58,200 nucleotides of DNA from Candidatus Limnocylindrales bacterium (GTDB taxonomy: Bacteria > Chloroflexota > Limnocylindria > Limnocylindrales > CSP1-4), in NCBI GenBank assembly GCA_052144055.1, contig JBKQRF010000108.1:1-58200 (forward strand), written 5' to 3'. The translations under genes and the position numbers were made by a program. The notes under the pieces were generated by a model. The model saw only the letters and a list, made by a program, of their open reading frames with translations, searched no databases and was not told where the DNA came from. The first letter of the stretch is position 1. Each line of letters begins with the position of its first letter. Below are positions 38,517 through 47,457 of this stretch, piece after piece.

Positions 38517-39197
38517 TCAGGCGTTCGCGACCGGCTCGGGGTCGCCGATCAGCAGCCGGCGCACCTCGTCCTGACAGTCTGTGCGACTGAGGGCGACGAG
38601 CTTGTCGCCGGGCTCCAGCGTGGTGTCCGAGCGGATCGCCTGCGCCACGTTGCGACGGATCACGACGAACAGCAAGCATCCCTCGGGCAGCGCGAGGTCG
38701 CGTGCGAGGCGGCCCGCGGCGGGCGACTTGGCTTCGATCTGCGCCTCGACGAGTTCGAGGCCTCCAGTCGAGAGCTGTGCCAGGTGCAGCAGGTCGTGCA
38801 CCGGGATGTCCTGCTCGATCGCACCCAGTGCGATGCGCGTCGGGTTGATGACCTCGTCCACGCCGAGCTTCCGGAAAAGCGCCTCGTTCTTGGTGCTGTT
38901 AACGCGCGCGATTGTGCGCGGAACGTCAAAGTGGTGCTTGGCCATCTGGCACACCACGAGGTTGTCCTCGTCGTCGCCCGTCAGCGCAGCAACGATCGAG
39001 GCCCGGTTCGCGCCCGCAGCCGCCAGATGCTTCCCCTCGCACCCGTCCCGGTTAAGCACCACGCTGCCGATCTCGTGGGTGATCTCAGCTGCACGCCGTG
39101 GATCTTTCTCGAGCAGCACGACTTCGTGGCCGGAGCTCAGTAGCTCCCGCGTCAGGTAATAGCCAACCTTGCCGCCGCCGACGATGATGATGAACAT
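38517..39197 (-). CDS. trkA: TrkA-family RCK protein (TrkA_N + TrkA_C)
   Basis: IIVGGGKVG, TGDDEDN and TIARVN, followed by a C-terminal RCK_C domain. Confidence 0.9.
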   Translation of the reverse strand: MFIIIVGGGKVGYYLTRELLSSGHEVVLLEKDPRRAAEITHEIGSVVLNRDGCEGKHLAAAGANRASIVAALTGDDEDNLVVCQMAKHHFDVPRTIARVNSTKNEALFRKLGVDEVINPTRIALGAIEQDIPVHDLLHLAQLSTGGLELVEAQIEAKSPAAGRLARDLALPEGCLLFVVIRRNVAQAIRSDTTLEPGDKLVALSRTDCQDEVRRLLIGDPEPVANA

Positions 39198-39667
39198 CAG
39201 GGGGCCTCCACCTCGTCCGACAGCTTCACGACCACTTCGGCGACGAGGTCGCCGGCGCTGGGATCGGCGGGCAGGCCCATGAACCTGGACAACGTATCGA
39301 CCATGATCGTGGTCCGGCAGATGACGGCCAGGCCCATCGCGCGATAGGCGGCGGCCCGAACCGGGTCGTTGATCTTGGCGATGACGTGCGGGACGCGGAG
39401 TGCGTCCTGGGCGATCTGCGCTGCGAGCGTGTTCCGGTTGTCGCCTTCGGTCAGCGCGAAGAAGTAGTCGGCCTGCTCCGCGCCTAGGCGGCGGAGGACG
39501 TCCTCGTCCGTTCCATCCCCGCGGACCGCCTGTCCCGGGAAGTCAGTGTTGAGCCTGTTGAATGCCTGCGTGGACACGTCGATGACCGTCACCTCGTGAC
39601 CCGAGCGCGACAACGCGTCGGCAAGACCGGCGCCAACCCGTCCGCATCCCACGATGATCGTGCGCAC
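39197..39667 (-). CDS. trkA: TrkA_N-only RCK protein
   Basis: IIVGCGRVG, GDGTDEDVL and TEGDNRN. Confidence 0.88.
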   Translation of the reverse strand: MRTIIVGCGRVGAGLADALSRSGHEVTVIDVSTQAFNRLNTDFPGQAVRGDGTDEDVLRRLGAEQADYFFALTEGDNRNTLAAQIAQDALRVPHVIAKINDPVRAAAYRAMGLAVICRTTIMVDTLSRFMGLPADPSAGDLVAEVVVKLSDEVEAP

Positions 39668-39677
39668 CAATGCTCCT

Positions 39678-40172
39678 TCAACCGCGGGCAACGGCCCGCC
39701 GCTCCACGCTGCTGCCGGCATCCGCCGGGATGGGGCTCCTCAGGACGAGCACGGCCATCGGGGCGTTCTGCAGGACATACGGGACCACTCGGCCTATCGC
39801 GAAGTCCCCCCCGAACCTCGTGCGGTACGGCAGGCCCAGGACAATTAGGTCCGCACCGACGGCGGCCGCCTCGTCGACGATCGCGGCGCCCACGTCACGT
39901 GCCTGTAGTAGCGTCGTCTTCAGGGCGACGCCGGCGCGCTCGGCCTGCGCCTCGGCTCGATCAAGCACCTCCGACGCCCGCTGCTGGCTCCCCGGCACCG
40001 TGTCTGCGAGGTCGTGCGTCCAGTCCACTTCGATCACGTGGACGCCGGTGATTTCCGCCCGGGCTTGCTTGCCCAGCCGAATCGCTGTGCCCACGACGAG
40101 CGGGTCCGTGACTCCCCCGTTGAGTCCCAGCACGGCGCGGACAAACTGGCCTGGTGGCTTGGTCTCTGTCAT
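39678..40172 (-). CDS. Universal stress protein
   Basis: ARDVGAAIVDEA..ADLIVLG..G..VPYVLQNAP..V. Confidence 0.85.
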   Translation of the reverse strand: MTETKPPGQFVRAVLGLNGGVTDPLVVGTAIRLGKQARAEITGVHVIEVDWTHDLADTVPGSQQRASEVLDRAEAQAERAGVALKTTLLQARDVGAAIVDEAAAVGADLIVLGLPYRTRFGGDFAIGRVVPYVLQNAPMAVLVLRSPIPADAGSSVERRAVARG

Positions 40173-40341
40173 CGGCGCGTAGGGTAGCACCCGCGATCGA
40201 CGCCGCGAGCGCCCGGCGGCAGGGCGCAAGCCGAAGGCCCGACGCTTGGTCCGTGTGCCTTTCGTTACGCGACGAGCGCGATCACTGGGTCTGGGCGTCC
40301 GATCAGAGCATGCCGGAGTTGTGCCGCCGTGCGGTCTCGCA

Positions 40342-40422
40342 CGACTCGCTCAGAACAAAGCGCTCGCGATGTTGAGATCAGACGCGATCTCGTCGAGCGC
40401 CCACGCCTTCGACGAGATCTTC
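40342..40422 (+). pseudogene. Short remnant resembling the N-terminal motif of YdaO/KimA-like APC permeases
   Basis: Frame reads RLAQNKALAMLRSDAISSSAHAFDEIF, compared with the family pattern ERL.K..ALA..SSDA.SS.AY..E.I. Confidence 0.45.
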
Positions 40423-40537
40423 ACCATCCCCGCCCTCTTGTCCCACACACGCCCGTTCCCGAGCTTGCGGGCGCGCACAGAACCGCATGGTCGGCCATGT
40501 TGGCGCCGTCCCGCTTCCGGTCGGCTCGGGCTGCCCC

Positions 40538-41260
40538 TCACAGACCCTGCTGCAGCCGATCGACCAGCCGCTGGGGCAGGCCCGCCGTCCGCATCGCCTG
40601 CTGGGTGACTCCCACGGCGTACGGCGTGCGCCGCCACGTCACCGTGCCAGCCGTTGTGTCGAGCAGCGCCCCGGAGGCGCGAGGATCGCCGTCCCGAGGC
40701 TGCCCGACGCCACCCGGGTTCAGAATCGCGCGCCGCCCATCCAGCTCCATCACGGTTCCGTCGCTCGGCACGATCACCTCCATCCCGCCCTCGGACTCGC
40801 GGAAAACGAGCGGCACGTGCGTGTGCCCGACGAGGCAGTAGGGGGTCGAAAACGCGGCAAGGTTCGCCCGTGCCAGCGTCGTCGAGAACAGGTACTCCCA
40901 GAGCGGGTCGCGGGGAGAGCCGTGGGCCAGAGTGAACGGCCCCTCGACCCGTGTGTGCGGGTTGGCGGCCAGCCAGTTGCGCGTAACGGGCGTGAGCTGC
41001 TGCGCAGACCACTCGACGGCCCGACGGGCCGCGTCGTTGAACCAGTCGGTGCTGATTTCGCCAATGGCCGCCGCGTCGTGGTTGCCGCGCACGCCCAGGG
41101 CACCCTCGTGCTGGAGCCGCTGCACCACGGCCACCGGCTCGGGACCGTACCCCACCACGTCGCCCAGGTGCCAGACGGCGTCGAACGGCGACAGCACGTC
41201 GAGGATGGACTCGAGGGCTGCCAGATTGCCGTGGACATCCGAGAGCAGCGCGACGCGCAC
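40538..41260 (-). CDS. Metallophosphoesterase (calcineurin-like)
   Basis: SDVHGN, GDVVGYG, GNHD, HGSP, GHTH and NPGGVGQPRDG. Confidence 0.92.
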   Translation of the reverse strand: MRVALLSDVHGNLAALESILDVLSPFDAVWHLGDVVGYGPEPVAVVQRLQHEGALGVRGNHDAAAIGEISTDWFNDAARRAVEWSAQQLTPVTRNWLAANPHTRVEGPFTLAHGSPRDPLWEYLFSTTLARANLAAFSTPYCLVGHTHVPLVFRESEGGMEVIVPSDGTVMELDGRRAILNPGGVGQPRDGDPRASGALLDTTAGTVTWRRTPYAVGVTQQAMRTAGLPQRLVDRLQQGL

Positions 41261-41264
41261 GGGC

Positions 41265-42098
41265 TCAGGGTAGCAGGCGAGGTGGTCGACCAGACCGCCG
41301 GTCCCGGCGGTCCGGCACGACGCGCCGCTTGGTCACGAACACGAGCCGGTGGTCTCGAAGGCCCTCCAAGACCACCGGCTGAACTTCGGGGCGCGGGTCA
41401 GCACCGAGCACCTCGAGTAGGGGCAGCGCGGACGCCATCTCGGCGTCGAACGCGCCGTCGCCCGAGTCGCGTTTCCAGGCCACGAAGACGCCGCCAGGGC
41501 GGACCAGCGGCAGCGTGAGGTCGAGCAGCGCCGGCAGGCGGGCTACCGCCCGGGCGGTTACGACGTCCCACCGATCCCGATGGTCGGGACGGAGCGCCAG
41601 CTCCTCGGCCCGCGCGGTCACGACGCGCACTCGAACCCGCTCCTCGCCGTGCGTCTCGAAGGCGCGTTCGGCGGCGCCCGCCGCCACTTCGAGGAATGCT
41701 GCCTTGCGCATCACGGACTCGACGAGCGTCGCCGTGGCGACGGGGACCGCGACCGCGACCGGCAAGCCCGGATACCCCGCGCCGCTGCCGAGGTCGAGGA
41801 GTCCAATCGCGCGGCGCCGCCTCCGCCCGCTCGCTAACCGGTCGAGGAGCGTGGGAACCGCTGCGAGGCTGTCGGCCACGTGCTCGAGCGCGATGGCCGC
41901 GGGACCGTGGATGCCGCTGAGGTTCACGATCGTGCCCCAGGCGACCAGGAGGCGAGCCTGGGCGTCGATCGCCTCGCGCATGCCCGGCGTCAGCTCAAGG
42001 CCGAGCTGAACGAGCGCGTGGTCGACGACCTCGCGGAATTCCGGCCCGATCGGCGAAAGGTCCGTCGTGTCGCGCGGCAGCGGCTCGCGAACGGGCAC
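41265..42098 (-). CDS. rsmG: 16S rRNA m7G527 methyltransferase RsmG
   Basis: VNLSG, HVADSL, DLGSGAGYPGLP, RAEE and DVVTARAVA. Start uncertain. Confidence 0.88.
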   Translation of the reverse strand: MPVREPLPRDTTDLSPIGPEFREVVDHALVQLGLELTPGMREAIDAQARLLVAWGTIVNLSGIHGPAAIALEHVADSLAAVPTLLDRLASGRRRRRAIGLLDLGSGAGYPGLPVAVAVPVATATLVESVMRKAAFLEVAAGAAERAFETHGEERVRVRVVTARAEELALRPDHRDRWDVVTARAVARLPALLDLTLPLVRPGGVFVAWKRDSGDGAFDAEMASALPLLEVLGADPRPEVQPVVLEGLRDHRLVFVTKRRVVPDRRDRRSGRPPRLLP

Positions 42099-42403
42099 GC
42101 CCGGCGGCTCGGCTCGACCACCGATGCTCGGGGATCCGGGCTGGATCTGTCGGCGCACCGAAGGCCACGGCGCCGGGAGGGAGCGCGTGGCGCCCGCTGC
42201 ATGCCCTCTCGGAGGCAGGTCCCGGGCTCCCGTCGGCTCGACCTTCCGGCGTCGCGAGTTCAAACGCACCTTTCAGCCTTTCAGTCTTCCGCCGCTCGTC
42301 CGGACCTCCAGCCGGTCTCCCGGCCCCTCGCGAGCAGCGTTACCGTACTCAGCCTGCGGTGCAGCCGAGAGTGTCCGGCCGCCCGCCGCGGGAATCAAGC
42401 GGC

Positions 42404-42484
42404 TTATCCACCAACCGCCCGCCCGCCCCGAGTTTGTGGACAAACAGGGGCCCTGGAGGCAACGATCGAGATCTCTGTGGAGAG
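42404..42484. promoter_or_regulatory. Cluster of three DnaA-box-like 9-mers
   Basis: TTATCCACC (42404, +), TTGTCCACA (42435-42443, -) and CTCTCCACA (42476-42484, -). Confidence 0.45.
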
Positions 42485-42490
42485 CTGGCG

Positions 42491-43819
42491 TCAGGCTGTG
42501 GCGACGACCTGACGCTCCGCGTCGAGCGCGCGTCCGAGCGCGGCGAGGACGGCGGCTGGGTCGGCGTCCTTCGTCGCGGGCAGCGCCACCACGAAAATCG
42601 ACCCATATCCGGGCGCCGACACCACCTCGAGATCGCCATTCATCCGGCGGGCGAGGTCCCTCGCGATCGGCAGACCGAGGCCTGTCCCCACTACGCGCTC
42701 CGCGCCCGAGGCCCGGTGGAACGGCTTGAAGATCATGGCGCGCTCGTCGGGCGCCACACCAGGACCATCGTCGCGGACGGTGTACAGGGCCGCCGGGCCG
42801 TCGAAGCGCAGCGAGATCCGGACCCTGCTCGATGGAGGCGAGAACTTGATCGCGTTGCCCAGCAGGTTCACGAGCACCTGCTGGAGGCGGCGGCGATCGG
42901 CATGCACGGTGCGCAGGCGCGGAGGCAGCGCGGTATCGAGGAGGATCCCGCGTTCCATGGCGAGCGGCGTGACGTCGCGCACGGCCGCCTGGGCTGCCTC
43001 CGCGCCCGAAAACGGCGCCGGCGTGAGGTGGAGCTGGCCGGCCTCGAGGCGGCTGAGCTCGAGCAGATCAGCGACGAGCGTGGCCATCCCCGACACGAGG
43101 TCGCGCGACCGGTCGAGGAACTCACTGCTGCCGTCCGCCTCGAGCAGGTCTAGGTACCCGGCGAGTGAGGCCAGCGGCGTGCGCAGCTCGTGTGCCACGA
43201 CGGTCACAAACCGCCGACGCTCCGCGTCCGCGTGACGGAGTTGTGCCAGGTCGCGGGCCTCCTCGAGGCGCTGCACCAGCAATGCCACGAGGTCCGCCGT
43301 AGAGCGGGCCAGTGGTGCCGGGAAACGGAGCCCGAACGAACTCTCTGCCCGAGCGGAGCGGAACGTGAACGCCATGGCGGCCCGTGGCCTGCCGGGCACG
43401 ACGATGGAGCGGCGCCAGGTGGCGCCCGCAAAGTCTGTGCTCGCCGTCTCCAGCTCGGCTGCCGCACCATCCTCCTCTGCCGTCCCGATCTCCAGGAACA
43501 ACGTGGGAGTCCGGTTCTGGCCGCGGCGCGGGGGCAGATTCCGGTCGAGCCACTCGGCCAGCGCGCGGCCGCCGTGCGGACCGTCTTGGGTGTTCCTCCA
43601 AACCAGAACGCGGTGCTGCTCTTGTTCGCTCGCGACCGCCACGTCGTCGGCGGCCGCAGTCTTGGCGATGTGCGCCAGCAGCCGCTCGATCCGGGCATCC
43701 GGACCCCTGTCTTCGGCTGTGATCCGCAGGGCGTGGGCCAGGTACCGGGCGCCGTCCAGCGCGCGCACGCGCGGCTGGTGGGCCGGCGGATCCCCAGGAC
43801 GTCCGCCCCGATCGCTCAT
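42491..43819 (-). CDS. Cytoplasmic sensor histidine kinase
   Basis: HELRTPL H-box, NLLGNAIKF, DDGPG, F..F and GTGLGL. No TM segment. Confidence 0.9.
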   Translation of the reverse strand: MSDRGGRPGDPPAHQPRVRALDGARYLAHALRITAEDRGPDARIERLLAHIAKTAAADDVAVASEQEQHRVLVWRNTQDGPHGGRALAEWLDRNLPPRRGQNRTPTLFLEIGTAEEDGAAAELETASTDFAGATWRRSIVVPGRPRAAMAFTFRSARAESSFGLRFPAPLARSTADLVALLVQRLEEARDLAQLRHADAERRRFVTVVAHELRTPLASLAGYLDLLEADGSSEFLDRSRDLVSGMATLVADLLELSRLEAGQLHLTPAPFSGAEAAQAAVRDVTPLAMERGILLDTALPPRLRTVHADRRRLQQVLVNLLGNAIKFSPPSSRVRISLRFDGPAALYTVRDDGPGVAPDERAMIFKPFHRASGAERVVGTGLGLPIARDLARRMNGDLEVVSAPGYGSIFVVALPATKDADPAAVLAALGRALDAERQVVATA

Positions 43820-44226
43820 CGCTCAGCCTGCTCCGGGACGGTGCGCGCCGTCCGAACGGGCCGGCCGAGGGTCCTCCGTACGACGTCCATGACCTCCTCG
43901 GTATACGCGGTTGCGTCGCCGGTCGCGACGGCGGTCCGCAGGCATCCCGCGACGTGATCCTCGAGGACGAGGAGTGACACGGCGTCCACGGCGGCACGGA
44001 GCGCGGCGGTTTGCTGCAGGATGTCGATGCAGTACTCATCGCGCTCGATCATGCGGGCGATCCCGCGTACCTGGCCCTCGATGCGCGAGAGGCGCCGCAG
44101 CAGCAGCTGACGATCTTTGTCGTAGCTGTGGCGGAAGTGTGGGTTCGCCGCCGGCTCAGGCTCGCCGGCGGTGCCGGTGGCGGCCCTGCTCGTGGTCGCG
44201 TCCGTCTCGTCGCGTCGATCGGTCAC
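43816..44226 (-). CDS. csoR: CsoR/RcnR family metal-sensing repressor
   Basis: RLSRIEGQVRGI..YCIDILQQ..HVAGC (Cys-His-Cys ligand set). Confidence 0.9.
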   Translation of the reverse strand: MTDRRDETDATTSRAATGTAGEPEPAANPHFRHSYDKDRQLLLRRLSRIEGQVRGIARMIERDEYCIDILQQTAALRAAVDAVSLLVLEDHVAGCLRTAVATGDATAYTEEVMDVVRRTLGRPVRTARTVPEQAER

Positions 44227-44276
44227 GTGTCCTCCGTCCGGGCCGCCGGTCCGGACCCCTGTCCCATCATGGACGG

Positions 44277-44293
44277 ATACTCCCCCGGAGTGT
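44277..44293. promoter_or_regulatory. CsoR-type operator
   Basis: ATACTCC-CCC-GGAGTGT pseudo-palindrome with a C/G tract, 50 nt upstream of csoR. Confidence 0.55.
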
Positions 44294-44362
44294 AGCAGCC
44301 CGAACTGGCGGCGAGATGCAACAGTGACCCGGTGCAGCGCTCGACCCGGTAGACTGGGCTCG

Positions 44363-44950
44363 ATGCACGTCGATCACGGGTCCCAGGCGGTCCCGTTTGC
44401 ACACGCCAGCGAAGCGGAGTTGGCGCGGATCCTCGACTACTACGGGATCGCGTGGGAGTACGAATCCCGCGTGTTCCCCATCCGGTGGAACCTCGACGGC
44501 GCCGTCGTCGAGAGCTTTGCGCCCGACTTCTACCTGCCCGACTTGGACCTCTACGTGGAGCTGACGACGCTCCGCCAGAGCCTCGTCCGGAAGAAGAACA
44601 GGAAGCTGCGGCGCCTGCGGGAGCTCTACCCGGACGTGCAGATCAAGCTCTTCTACGCGCGGGACTTCCGGGCGCTCATGCTGAAGTACGGACGCATCGG
44701 GCTGCTCGACTCCCTGGCTGGTGCGGGGGGACAGGCAACGCCTCCGCGACGGGTGAGTCCGGATGCGGATGCAGCAGCGCGTGGGCGTGGCCCCGAGGGC
44801 CCCGATGAACGGCTCGTGGCCGACGGCTGTCCTCCTGGTTCAGCACCGGAAACGGCCCCGATCGCGACCGTCGCTCCGCCCCGTGCCGGCGAGGAGCGAC
44901 GGCGACGCTCAAGCCGCCGCCCCCGGCCGGCGCAGTCGGCGCACGTATGA
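44363..44950 (+). CDS. Hypothetical protein, PD-(D/E)XK nuclease-like
   Basis: SEAELARILD..I.WEYE..FAPDFYLP..DLYVELTT..K.RK, followed by a disordered tail. Confidence 0.65.
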   Translation: MHVDHGSQAVPFAHASEAELARILDYYGIAWEYESRVFPIRWNLDGAVVESFAPDFYLPDLDLYVELTTLRQSLVRKKNRKLRRLRELYPDVQIKLFYARDFRALMLKYGRIGLLDSLAGAGGQATPPRRVSPDADAAARGRGPEGPDERLVADGCPPGSAPETAPIATVAPPRAGEERRRRSSRRPRPAQSAHV

Positions 44951-45042
44951 ATCTGCGATCCGTGACATCCAGCCGGTCGCTCGCTGCAGGGTACGCGCCC
45001 CACCCCTCGTCTCGTCGCACTCTGAGGAGGACCTGACGCCCC

Positions 45043-45603
45043 ATGCGCATGCCGGACCTGGTCGGGGACGTCGCGGGTGTCCTCGTGACCGAGGAGCAGA
45101 TCCGCAAGCGGGTGGGCGAGCTCGGCGCCCAGATCAGCGCCGACTACGCCGGCCGGGAACTGACGCTGGTGAGCGTTCTGAAGGGCTCGCTGCCGTTTAT
45201 GGGCGATCTGATGCGGGCGATCTCCATTCCCGTATCCATCGATCTCATGGAGGTCAGCTCGTACGGCGGCACGGCCACCGAGTCATCCGGCCTCGTGCGG
45301 ATCCTGAAGGACCTCAGCTCGCCGATCGAGGGCCTCGATGTCCTGATCGTCGAGGACATCATCGACACGGGTCTCACACTGAACTACCTGATCCGCTATC
45401 TGGGCGGCAAGAAGCCGCGCTCGCTGCACATCTGCACCCTGCTTGACAAGCCGGCCCGCCGGCTCGTTGACATCCCCATCGATTACCTTGGCTTCACGAT
45501 CCCCGACCAGTTCGTGGTCGGCTACGGACTCGACTACGGCCAGCATTATCGCAACCTCCCCTTCGTCGGCGTCCTCAAGCCGGAGGTGTACGCCGCGTCG
45601 TGA
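45043..45603 (+). CDS. hpt: Hypoxanthine phosphoribosyltransferase
   Basis: VLKGS, VSSYG, LIVEDIIDTGLT, LLDK and FVVGYGLD..YRNLP. Confidence 0.96.
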   Translation: MRMPDLVGDVAGVLVTEEQIRKRVGELGAQISADYAGRELTLVSVLKGSLPFMGDLMRAISIPVSIDLMEVSSYGGTATESSGLVRILKDLSSPIEGLDVLIVEDIIDTGLTLNYLIRYLGGKKPRSLHICTLLDKPARRLVDIPIDYLGFTIPDQFVVGYGLDYGQHYRNLPFVGVLKPEVYAAS

Positions 45604-46016
45604 ACCGTCGAACGCTCGGCCGCGGGCGCTTAATCGTCGGCCTCGGATGCCTGGCGACGCTGGTCGGCTGCCTGTTCCCGTGGGGCCAGACGGCGGGCAT
45701 CGGGCTTCCGCCCGAGCGCACGGGCGCCTTTGACGGGTTCGGGATCCTGGTGTTCATCGCCGCCATCGCCCTGCTGGCCCTGATCGCGCTGCCGTACGCC
45801 GCGGGAGATCAGCCCATCGCGCTCGACCGCCCGCTGTCCTTCGCCGTCGTGGGCGCTGTGGGCGTCATCGGGTTCGCACTGAAGCTGTGGCAGATCCAGG
45901 CCGACGGGCTCCTGGCGCTACCGGATCACGCGCTAGGCATGTGGGTCGCCGGGATCGGGCTGGCAGTCGTCGCGTGGGGTCTGGCTGAGATGCTCGCGGA
46001 GCGCCCGCGGGCCTGA
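45600..46016 (+). CDS. Hypothetical membrane protein (4 TM)
   Basis: Four hydrophobic helices; GTGA overlap with the hpt stop. Confidence 0.75.
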   Translation: MNRRTLGRGRLIVGLGCLATLVGCLFPWGQTAGIGLPPERTGAFDGFGILVFIAAIALLALIALPYAAGDQPIALDRPLSFAVVGAVGVIGFALKLWQIQADGLLALPDHALGMWVAGIGLAVVAWGLAEMLAERPRA

Positions 46017-46045
46017 GGCGATCCGGGCGCCGGCCTGCTGAACGA

Positions 46046-47308
46046 TCAGCGGGCCCGGCTGATCCACGCCGCTGCAAGGGCGTTGTCGGGCAACCCGAGC
46101 GTCCCCACCGCGACGAATGACGCCCCGCCAACCGCGACGGCCGCCATCTCGCCGCCCCCGAAGCTCGGATCATCGGGCACGCGGCGCCACGTGATGCCGT
46201 CCGATGAGACCCACACGGTCGGGGACCCGTTGCCCGCGTCGTCTCGCGACCCCACTGCCACCAGGTCATGTGGCCCCGCCGCGACCGAGGCTATCGCGAT
46301 GCGCAGACCGCCCCCGCCGAACCCCGTGCCGTCGGGGACGCGTGTCCAGCGCTCCCCGTCGGTCGACGTCCACACCGCCGCGCTGCCGCCGTCGTCCGCC
46401 GAGCCCACGGCCACGAAACCCGGGCCGCCCACGGTCACGCCATTCATCCGCGCGTCCGCGAACGAGGCGTCCGGGGAGGTCGCCGTCCAGGCGCGCCCGT
46501 CGGTCGACCACCAGGCTGCCGCGCGCGTCGAGCCCGATGGATCCAGGACGGATCCGACCGCGACCAGCCGGGATGGGCCGGCGGCGAGAGAGGCCACCGA
46601 CCCGCCGTCGAATGCCGCCTCGTCGGGAAGTGGGGTCCAGGTCGTGCCGTCCAGCGACGTCCACAGGACCGCGTGGTGCTCGCTGGGCGTCGGCTCGACG
46701 TCGCCGCCCGCCACGTAGCCGCCCCGCCAGGCGACCACGGCCGCCATCCGGGCCTGGCCGGTGATGGGCGGGGGCGTCACCGTCGCGCTCGACCAGGCAT
46801 GGCCGCTGGCGCTTGTCCACGCTGCGGCGAGCGCGGCGATCCCGCCGACGGCCACGATGCGCCCCGGCGAGACGGCCACCGCGGTCATGAGCGACTCCTC
46901 GGGCGCGTCGAGCCCGGGTGCTTGGCTCCAGATGACGCCGTCTGACGAGAGCCACGCGGCCGCATACGCCGGCGGGAACGACATGCCGACCGCCACCAGC
47001 GACGCGCCGTTTGCGGCCACGCCCAGCATGCTCGTGGCAATCCCCGCATGGCAGGGTGAGCAGAACGCCGGGATCGAGGCGCTTGCCCAGGGGGCCACCA
47101 GGCTCGCCGGCTGGGCAACGCTGGCCTCGGCCCAGCTCTCGCCGGGAGCTGGGGAAGCTGGCGCGCTCGGTGCCGCGCCCGAGCAGGCGATCAGCAATCC
47201 AGCCGAGACCAGCACGCAGAGGACGAGTGGCGGTCGCCTGTCTACGTCGGCCTCCAGGCACGCCCAACTCGGCGCTGGCTGGTTGATCGCGCTAGGACGA
47301 TGTCGCAT
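46046..47308 (-). CDS. Putative lipoprotein with Asp-box (WxSxDGxxW) repeats, probable beta-propeller
   Basis: Lipobox-like LLIAC, six WxSx(D/S)GxxW repeats and one CSPCH. Start uncertain. Confidence 0.72.
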   Translation of the reverse strand: MRHRPSAINQPAPSWACLEADVDRRPPLVLCVLVSAGLLIACSGAAPSAPASPAPGESWAEASVAQPASLVAPWASASIPAFCSPCHAGIATSMLGVAANGASLVAVGMSFPPAYAAAWLSSDGVIWSQAPGLDAPEESLMTAVAVSPGRIVAVGGIAALAAAWTSASGHAWSSATVTPPPITGQARMAAVVAWRGGYVAGGDVEPTPSEHHAVLWTSLDGTTWTPLPDEAAFDGGSVASLAAGPSRLVAVGSVLDPSGSTRAAAWWSTDGRAWTATSPDASFADARMNGVTVGGPGFVAVGSADDGGSAAVWTSTDGERWTRVPDGTGFGGGGLRIAIASVAAGPHDLVAVGSRDDAGNGSPTVWVSSDGITWRRVPDDPSFGGGEMAAVAVGGASFVAVGTLGLPDNALAAAWISRAR

Positions 47309-47457
47309 GCGCTCACGTCCGTGCGGGAGGCAGCTTCGTGACCCATGGTTGCGCTGGTGCTACGGCCGATGCGACCCTGGCCGGCGCCTCGTAGGTCGCG
47401 ATCCCGCCGGGACGGCAGGGCGCGTGCACGGGTCTCCGCCCGGCCTGTTCGCCAGAG

